This document shows positions 54,212-64,000 of a stretch of 64,000 nt of DNA, piece by piece (within the stretch, counting starts at the first letter, position 1; each line of letters begins with the position of its first letter). This stretch comes from Pyrinomonadaceae bacterium (lineage in GTDB: Bacteria > Acidobacteriota > Blastocatellia > Pyrinomonadales > Pyrinomonadaceae): positions 3,186 to 67,185 of the forward strand of contig DASWQY010000157.1 in assembly GCA_036403435.1 (NCBI GenBank). Reading direction: 5' to 3'. The notes below the pieces were generated by a model. The model searched no databases. It saw only the letters and a program-made list of their open reading frames with translations, and was not told the DNA's origin. Made by a program: the position numbers and the translations under genes.

Positions 54212-55522
54212 ATGGCCGAGACCCGCACAGCGGTTGGCGCTGCCGGTCGTCGCTTGCTGCGGCGCGGCGCTCGCGGCGTGCGGCGCACGTTCTCCAAGCG
54301 CAAGCGGCTCTTCGCCTACCTGGCCGTCCTCGGCCCAGGCGTCATCGCGGCCAACGCCGGCAATGACGCGGGCGGCATAGCCACTTATGCCTCCGTCGGC
54401 GCGGACCACGGCTACCGTCTCCTCTGGGTTCTCATCCCCATCACCCTGAGCCTCGGCCTCGTGCAGGAGATGTGCGCGCGCATGGGCGCGGCGACCGGCA
54501 AGGGGCTGGCGGACTTGATCCGCGAACGCTTCGGCGTCCGCTGGACCATGCTCGTGATGCTGGCGCTCCTGGTCGCCAACGGCGGCATCACCATCTCGGA
54601 GTTTTTGGGAATCGCCGCGGCCTCGGAACTCTTCGGCGTCCCGCGCTACGTCTCCGTGCCGCTCGCGGCCGCGGCCGTCTGGTGGCTCGTCGTCAAAGGC
54701 TCTTACAAGCGCGTCGAGCGCGTCTTCCTCGTCATGGCGCTCGTCTTTCTGGGCTACATCGTCTCGGCCTTCTTAGCCCGTCCGCATTGGGGCGAGGTGG
54801 CGCGCGCGCTCGTCACGCCTTACTTCGACTTCCACCCGGTCTTCCTCTTCACGTTCCTGGCAATCGTCGGCACGACCATTTCGCCCTATATGCAGGTCTT
54901 CGTGCAGTCCTCGGTCGTCGAGAAAGGCGTCACGACCGAAGACTACAAGCTGACGCGCGCCGACGTGTGGGTCGGCACGACCTTCGCGATGACGATTGTC
55001 TTCTTCATAGTCATCTCGACGGCCGCGACCTTGCACACGCGGACGCCCCCCGCACACATTGAGGCGGCCGCGGACGCCGCGCGCGCCCTTGAGCCGCTGG
55101 CGGGCCGCTACGCCGAGGCGCTCTTCGCCGTCGGGCTCTTCGGCGCGTCAATGCTGGCGGCGGGCGTGCTGCCGCTCGCGACCGCCTATTCGATTACCGA
55201 GGCGCTGGGGTTCGAGAAGGGCGTCTCGCGCAGCTTCCGCGAGGCTCCGATTTTCCTGGGCATCTTCACTTCGCTCGTCGCCGTCGGCGCAATCGTTGCG
55301 ATGCTGCCGGGGCTGCCCCTGATCGACGCCCTGCTCAACATGCAGGTCATCAACGGCCTGCTCCTGCCCGTCATCCTCATCGCCATCCTCCGCCTCGTCA
55401 ACGACCGCGAGGTGATGGGCGACTACACCAACGGCCCCATCTACAACGTCGCCGCCTGGCTCACCACCGTCATCGTCTCCGCCCTCTCGCTCCTCTTCAT
55501 CGCGACGAAGATTTTTTGGTAG
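54212..55522 (+). CDS. mntH: NRAMP-family divalent metal (Mn2+/Fe2+) transporter
   Basis: 436 aa with about 11 hydrophobic segments. The motif GPGVIAANAGNDAGGIATY is the NRAMP TM1 DPGN-type motif region. Confidence 0.85.
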   Translation: MAETRTAVGAAGRRLLRRGARGVRRTFSKRKRLFAYLAVLGPGVIAANAGNDAGGIATYASVGADHGYRLLWVLIPITLSLGLVQEMCARMGAATGKGLADLIRERFGVRWTMLVMLALLVANGGITISEFLGIAAASELFGVPRYVSVPLAAAAVWWLVVKGSYKRVERVFLVMALVFLGYIVSAFLARPHWGEVARALVTPYFDFHPVFLFTFLAIVGTTISPYMQVFVQSSVVEKGVTTEDYKLTRADVWVGTTFAMTIVFFIVISTAATLHTRTPPAHIEAAADAARALEPLAGRYAEALFAVGLFGASMLAAGVLPLATAYSITEALGFEKGVSRSFREAPIFLGIFTSLVAVGAIVAMLPGLPLIDALLNMQVINGLLLPVILIAILRLVNDREVMGDYTNGPIYNVAAWLTTVIVSALSLLFIATKIFW

Positions 55523-55616
55523 TGGTCAGTGGTAGTGGTCGGTGGTCAGTGGTCAGTTAAGAGAAAGATAAAAGCAGTTGTGCCAATCAGGCCGGCCGCT
55601 TTTTAACTGACCACTG
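55521..55616. repeat. GTGGTCA-family element, asymmetric (long left arm, short right arm)
   Basis: The left arm AGTGGTCAGTGGTAGTGGTCGGTGGTCAGTGGTCAGTTAA starts inside the mntH stop codon. Only CAGTGGTCAGTTAA (55547-55560) finds a partner, TTAACTGACCACTG (55603-55616). Confidence 0.7.
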
Positions 55617-55672
55617 TCTTTTTGCGCTTGATAGTGGTAAAAAGAGGTGCAAAGTTACTCGGGCTTACCTGA

Positions 55673-57160
55673 TTGGTTTTCAGAGGAATCAACGCCGCTG
55701 TGGCTCGTTCCCACTCAAAAAATCGAATCCTCCTCTTCCTTCTAGTCACGGCCCTCGTCGTCCTGGCCCTCTACGGCCTGCACTTCTTCGAGCCGCGCCT
55801 GCGCGCGGGCTTCGTGCACGCCGGCGACCCCGCGGCCGACGTTCATAAGCAGGAAGAGAATTTTCGGATGGTGATGAATATCGCCGGCCTGGTGCTGTGG
55901 ATGATTCTCGCCATCCTCATCACGCGCGCCCTGAGCGCCATCCTCTTCGGCATCTTCTTCCGGCAGCGGAAGGGCTACGAAGCGCCGGTCCTGATTCGCA
56001 ACACCTTCTCCGTCGTCGCCTACATCGCCGGCTTCATCATCATCTTCAAGGCGTTCTACCCGGACGTGGGGCTCGGCGCGCTGTTCACGACTTCGGCCGT
56101 GCTCGGCGCGATCATCGGTCTCGCCTTGCAGGACACTCTGGGTAACTTCTTCGCGGGCATCTCCGTCCACGCCGACAAGCCGTTTCAGGTCGGCGACGTG
56201 ATCGCCGTCGGCCCCTGGACCGGCGTGGTCGAGAGCATCACCTGGCGCGCGGTGAAAATCAGGACTTTCTCAAACCACATAGTCCTCGCCAGCCATTCGA
56301 GCATCTCGAAGGAGTCCATAGACATCGCCCCGCGCGACAACCTGAACGCGCGCATAGTCTTCTTCAACACGCTCTACACGGACTCGCCCGCCAAGACCAT
56401 ACACATCGTCCGCGAGGCCGTGCGCGAGGCCGACAACGTCTCGCCCAAAATCACGCCCATCGTCCGCGTCAGGGGTTTGGGCGACAGCTCGATTGACTGG
56501 GAGGTCAAATACTGGTTGATTGACTACGCCAAATACAACGACACGGACGCGCTCGTGCGCCAGCGCATCTGGTACGCCTTCCGCCGCGCGGGTATCCACT
56601 TCGCCTACCCGACGCGCACGCTGCACATCGCCCGCCAGCCGAAGACGGACGGCCTCGGCGCGGACGGCAGCGGCTTCATAGACAGGCTCTCGGCCGTGGA
56701 CATCTTCGCGCCGCTCTCTACGGAGGAGACGGCGCGGCTGGCCGCTGCCTCCGTCAGCCACGTCTTCGCCCCCGGCGAATCCGTCATCCGCGCCGGCGAC
56801 GAGGGCTCCAGCATGTTCGTCGTCCATAGCGGCCGCGTCAGCGTTCAGCTTACGGACCACGGCAAGCCGCGCACGGTCGCCGTGCTCCAGGAGGGCGACT
56901 TTTTCGGGGAGATGGCGCTCTTTACGGGCGAGCCGCGCACGGCCAACGTCGTCGCCCTGGAAGAGACGGAAGTCCTGGAAATCGGCAAACAGGCCATGAA
57001 ACACCTCTTCGACACCAACCCCAACCTGGTTGACTCCTTGAGCCACATCATCGCCGAGCGAAGGGTCGGCCTCACGGCCAAGCCCGAAGAGGCCGGCGAC
57101 GGCGAAAAAGAGTCCGAAGGCATCATCGCCTCCATCAAACGCTTCTTCGGCTTCGACTGA
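55673..57160 (+). CDS. MscS-family mechanosensitive channel fused to a C-terminal cyclic-nucleotide-binding domain (start uncertain)
   Basis: 495 aa. The MscS core reads LQDTLGNFFAGISVHADKPFQVGDVI. The cNMP-binding region reads FAPGESVIRAGDEGSSMFVVHSG...GDFFGEMALFTGEPRTANVVA. Confidence 0.85.
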   Translation: MVFRGINAAVARSHSKNRILLFLLVTALVVLALYGLHFFEPRLRAGFVHAGDPAADVHKQEENFRMVMNIAGLVLWMILAILITRALSAILFGIFFRQRKGYEAPVLIRNTFSVVAYIAGFIIIFKAFYPDVGLGALFTTSAVLGAIIGLALQDTLGNFFAGISVHADKPFQVGDVIAVGPWTGVVESITWRAVKIRTFSNHIVLASHSSISKESIDIAPRDNLNARIVFFNTLYTDSPAKTIHIVREAVREADNVSPKITPIVRVRGLGDSSIDWEVKYWLIDYAKYNDTDALVRQRIWYAFRRAGIHFAYPTRTLHIARQPKTDGLGADGSGFIDRLSAVDIFAPLSTEETARLAAASVSHVFAPGESVIRAGDEGSSMFVVHSGRVSVQLTDHGKPRTVAVLQEGDFFGEMALFTGEPRTANVVALEETEVLEIGKQAMKHLFDTNPNLVDSLSHIIAERRVGLTAKPEEAGDGEKESEGIIASIKRFFGFD

Positions 57161-57256
57161 GGCCCGCGCCGGCACCCCGGCCCCGCCCGGCTTAACCTTA
57201 ACTATTTTTCAATTTAACTTTCTCGGCCACACGGCCAAAATTTTTCCCGCCCGAGA

Positions 57257-57286
57257 CTTGACAAAGAGGGACTCAACATTTATCAT
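57257..57286 (+). promoter_or_regulatory. Consensus sigma70-type promoter of the heat-shock block, overlapped by a HAIR-like (HspR operator-like) sequence
   Basis: TTGACA (57258-57263), a 17-nt spacer, then TATCAT (57281-57286). CTTGACA-AAGAGGG-ACTCAAC (57257-57277) compares with the HAIR consensus CTTGAGT-N7-ACTCAAG at 11/14 positions with correct spacing. Confidence 0.5.
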
Positions 57287-57382
57287 ACGGCCATGCTCAC
57301 AAGCCGGGGTCCTCGATTTACTCTCAGTCTTCGGCCTGTGAGCAGCCAAAAGAATTACCGTTAAGGAAAGGAGAAGTTCGTC

Positions 57383-57922
57383 ATGAGCATCATTCGTTAC
57401 GACCCATTCCGCGACCTACGCAGTCTTCAGGACGAAGTCAACCGTCTGTTTTCGACCAACTTGTCCCGCGTCTTCGGTGACGAGGGCATTGCCCGCGGTG
57501 CCTGGAACCCGAACGTGGACATCTACGAGAACAAGGACCAGATCGTCATAGAGGCCGAGCTGCCCGGCATGAACCGCGAGGACTTCGACCTCTCGTTCGA
57601 GAACAACGTGATTACGCTTCGCGGCGAGCGGCGCTTCGAGAAGAAGGACGAGACGGACAACTACCACCGCGTCGAACGCTCCTACGGCTCTTTCACGCGC
57701 TCGTTCACGCTGCCGCCGACCGTCTCCGGCGAAGGCACCACGGCCGAGTACCGCAACGGCGTCCTGCGTATCACGCTCCCCAAACGCGAAGAGGTCAAGG
57801 CCCGCCGCATAGAGATTGCCGGCGAAGGCGCTGAGGCCAAGACCTCGCGCACCATCGAGGCTCAGGCCGAAACGTCCGGCGGCGAAAAGTCTGACAAGAC
57901 GATGACGGCGTCCGGCAAGTAA
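57383..57922 (+). CDS. Small heat-shock protein, Hsp20/alpha-crystallin family
   Basis: 179 aa. AAGGAAAGGAG lies upstream. The alpha-crystallin domain reads WNPNVDIYENKDQIVIEAELPGMNREDFDL...GVLRITLPKRE. Confidence 0.9.
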   Translation: MSIIRYDPFRDLRSLQDEVNRLFSTNLSRVFGDEGIARGAWNPNVDIYENKDQIVIEAELPGMNREDFDLSFENNVITLRGERRFEKKDETDNYHRVERSYGSFTRSFTLPPTVSGEGTTAEYRNGVLRITLPKREEVKARRIEIAGEGAEAKTSRTIEAQAETSGGEKSDKTMTASGK

Positions 57923-57929
57923 ATACTTT

Positions 57930-58006
57930 AGTGATGAGTGGCGAGTGATGTGTGAAAGACTTCTTCTTATCACACATCACTCGCCACTCATCACTCATCA
58001 CTTTTT
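57930..58006 (+). repeat. Long hairpin element (GTGATGA family) plus T5 tract abutting the clpB start codon
   Basis: AGTGATGAGTGGCGAGTGATGTGTGA (57930-57955) pairs with TCACACATCACTCGCCACTCATCACT (57970-57995). The stem is 26 bp and perfect, with a 14-nt loop, followed by CATCACTTTTT and the ATG at 58007. Confidence 0.85.
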
Positions 58007-60598
<2,592 letters not shown>

Positions 60599-60606
60599 AA
60601 AGCAAT

Positions 60607-60687
60607 GCGGAATGATGAATGATGAATGATGAATTAAAGGCATTTGCTTTTCATTCATCATTCATCGTTCATCGTTCATCATTTCGG
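60607..60687. repeat. Long hairpin element, (GAATGAT)n family
   Basis: AATGATGAATGATGAATGATGAAT (60611-60634) pairs with ATTCATCGTTCATCGTTCATCATT (about 60662-60685). This gives about 23 bp if two U.G wobbles are allowed in the plus-strand RNA. Alternative pairing registers are possible because both arms have a 7-nt period. Confidence 0.75.
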
Positions 60688-60694
60688 AGACGTT

Positions 60695-61135
60695 ATGACT
60701 CGACATTGGGACCCGTTACGCGATTTGGTGACGTTGCAGGATCGGATGAACCGCCTGTTTCAGGACGCGGCGGAGAAGCGCGGCGAAGGTGAGGGCGAGC
60801 AGGAGTTGGAGCGCGCCGACTGGTTCCCGGCGGCGGACATCTACGAGACCGAGAAGGATTTCACCATCGCGGTTGACCTGCCCGGCATCGAGCGGGCCGC
60901 GCTGGAGATCAACTTGGACGACGACAAGCTCGTGATTCGCGGCGAGCGCGCGGCCGAGGGCGAGGCGCAGCGCCGCACGGAGCGCCCGCACGGCCGCTTC
61001 CTCAGAAGGTTCGGCGTGCCCGCGAGCGTGGACCAAAAAGGAATCAGCGCCGAATACAAGGACGGCGTCCTGCGCGTCCGCCTGCCCAAGCGCAAGGAGC
61101 CGAAGACGCGGCGCGTGGAAATCAAGATTCAGTGA
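60695..61135 (+). CDS. Small heat-shock protein, Hsp20/alpha-crystallin family (second copy)
   Basis: The start is set at the ATG at 60695 (MTRHWDPLRDLVTLQDRMNRLF), with GGAGA 5 nt upstream. The alpha-crystallin domain reads WFPAADIYETEKDFTIAVDLPGIERAALEI...GVLRVRLPKRKE. The track's N-terminal extension is only the translated hairpin. Confidence 0.9.
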   Translation: MTRHWDPLRDLVTLQDRMNRLFQDAAEKRGEGEGEQELERADWFPAADIYETEKDFTIAVDLPGIERAALEINLDDDKLVIRGERAAEGEAQRRTERPHGRFLRRFGVPASVDQKGISAEYKDGVLRVRLPKRKEPKTRRVEIKIQ

Positions 61136-61190
61136 TGAGTGATCAGAGGCGGGCTCTTACTCATCACTCATCACTCATCACTCATCACTA
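61131..61190. repeat. GTGATGA-family element, asymmetric, overlapping the hsp20 stop
   Basis: AGTGATGAGT (61131-61140) pairs with ACTCATCACT (61160-61169), and AGAG pairs with CTCT. The right side continues as (CTCATCA)x4. Confidence 0.65.
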
Positions 61191-61192
61191 CT

Positions 61193-61888
61193 ATGGTATC
61201 TTTCCGCAGGGAGAAGAAGAAGCGTCGTATGGAAGAGGACAGGGTGTCTGATGAGGCGCGGGCGGAGGCGTCCGCGCCGGCCTCGGAAGAGGAGACACGC
61301 GTGACTGACCGCGGTCGAATCAACTTGGAAGGCCAGGCGGGCGGCGAAGCTGCCGGCGAAGAAGCGCCGAGCTTGAAGCCGACTTACGAGCAGTTGGAGG
61401 AGACGACGCGCGCAGCCAAGCAGGAGGTCGCGGACGTGCGGTCTCGCTTCGAGCAGATGCGCGCGCAGTTGCAGCGCGAGACGGACGAAACGCGCCGGCG
61501 CTTGAACCGCGCGGCGGACGAGCGCGCACGGCGCGAGAAGGGCGAGTTCGTCGCCGCGCTTTTGCCGGTCGCGGACAACTTGCAGCGGGCGATTAACGCG
61601 GCCGAGCAGGGCGGCTCCTTAGAGTCGCTGCTCGACGGCGTGCGCGGGACGCTGAGCAGTTTCGAGAGCGCGCTTGCGGCGGCCGGCCTTGAGCCTGTCG
61701 CCTCGGTCGGCGAGCAGTTCGACCCGGAACGGCACGAGGCCGTGGACACAGTCGAGGTCGAGCCCGAGCGCGCTGGAATAGTTACGGCCGAATATAGCCG
61801 CGGCTACAAGCTCGGCGACCGCTTGCTGCGCCCCGCGCGCGTGCAGGTCGGCCGCGCGCAGGGCGAGGCGAAGAAGGCGGCAGAATGA
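61193..61888 (+). CDS. grpE: Nucleotide exchange factor GrpE (start uncertain: ATG at 61193 or 61229)
   Basis: It has an acidic N-terminal region and a coiled coil, then LLPVADNLQRAI, FDPERHEAV and GYKLGDRLLRPARV. Confidence 0.85.
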   Translation: MVSFRREKKKRRMEEDRVSDEARAEASAPASEEETRVTDRGRINLEGQAGGEAAGEEAPSLKPTYEQLEETTRAAKQEVADVRSRFEQMRAQLQRETDETRRRLNRAADERARREKGEFVAALLPVADNLQRAINAAEQGGSLESLLDGVRGTLSSFESALAAAGLEPVASVGEQFDPERHEAVDTVEVEPERAGIVTAEYSRGYKLGDRLLRPARVQVGRAQGEAKKAAE

Positions 61889-61891
61889 AGC

Positions 61892-63620
<1,729 letters not shown>

Positions 63621-63622
63621 AG

Positions 63623-63718
63623 AATGAAAAATTAGAAATGTAAAATGCAAAATGGGAGACGGTCGGCGGCGGGCTCTGCGTCTTCCATTTTGCATTTTTA
63701 ATTTTGAACTTTTCATTT
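63623..63718. repeat. A/T-rich long hairpin element, AAATGCAAAA family
   Basis: AATGAAAAATTAGAAATGTAAAATGCAAAATGGGAGACG (63623-63661) pairs with CGTCTTCCATTTTGCATTTTTAATTTTGAACTTTTCATT (63679-63717). The stem is about 39 bp with about 6 mismatches. It starts 3 nt after the groEL stop. Confidence 0.75.
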
Positions 63719-63950
63719 AGAAATTGGCTTGCCAATTGCAGGTGCGAGGTGTGGTATAGTTGCCTTGCACGGAAACGCAACGGCGTTTCCGGCCCTCGCA
63801 TCTAAAGGAAGGCTTGAAGGGGCCGCCCTCGCTTTTTGTGCGGCCCGCGTTTGAAGTAACAAGACGACACTTCGCCGCCAAACTTTTGTCACATCCGTGG
63901 CGTCTGATTGAGAGCGAGCATCGCCTTCTAATTTAGTCGAGAAACAGATA

Positions 63951-64000
63951 ATGATAGACCTAGGGGCTTACAAAGATAAGTTTAGCGACAGCGGCCAGCG
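63951..64000 (+). CDS. Possible 5' end of a further gene (runs off the window)
   Basis: The ATG at 63951 gives MIDLGAYKDKFSDSGQ. The ..(D/E)KFS....Q pattern loosely resembles the first helix of Clp N-domains. The fragment is far too short to call. Confidence 0.2.
   Translation, partial: MIDLGAYKDKFSDSGQ

Noticed and set aside
60644-61192. N-terminal extensions in the track for the second hsp20 (MLFIHHSSFIVHHFGDV...) and grpE ([18 protein letters not shown]...).
   Set aside because: These residues are simply the translated heptamer hairpin arms. Conserved protein sequence and SD-like motifs begin at 60695 and 61193/61229.

Overview
This is high-GC, densely coding bacterial chromosomal DNA. 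I saw no rRNA, tRNA, CRISPR array, transposase or phage genes. The gene content looks Acidobacteriota-like, but that is inference only. It rests on TonB-dependent receptors and TPR proteins that both carry carboxypeptidase-regulatory-like domains, an ECF sigma factor paired with a 1021-aa Ser/Thr kinase-propeller protein, an FHA-GGDEF protein and type IV pilus parts.

Gene order, left to right:
- partial CDF metal exporter (missing from the ORF track), Cys/Met PLP enzyme, 937-aa secreted Calx-beta protein
- zinc-ribbon/pseudo-receiver protein plus PilT, then ThiE
- 2959-aa cyclic beta-1,2-glucan synthase, PQQ-like propeller, BipA
- TrmL carrying a 1-nt frameshift, cupin, a 48-aa (GGSK)n mini-protein (missing from the ORF track)
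- pilin-like/IPT/PilO/PilN operon, orphan repeat protein, FHA-GGDEF, RibA
- two TonB-dependent receptors interleaved with three CarboxypepD_reg-TPR proteins
- HD hydrolase, TonB-C protein, S41 peptidase, VWA lipoprotein, ankyrin protein, soluble MgtE-N/CBS protein
- Ser/Thr kinase plus ECF sigma, NRAMP, MscS-cNMP channel
- a heat-shock block: hsp20-clpB-hsp20-grpE-groEL

The most unusual signal is non-coding. At least 15 long hairpin elements (stems of 14-45 bp) have arms that are themselves short tandem repeats, mostly with a 7-10 nt period. They fall into about six sequence families. Twelve of the 15 abut or overlap a stop codon, and every intergenic junction of the heat-shock block holds one. 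One A/T-rich copy lies inside the 5' end of the S41 peptidase gene, where it encodes a signal-peptide-like N-terminus.

Many long ORFs in the track are antisense shadow frames of a high-GC genome and were not called.
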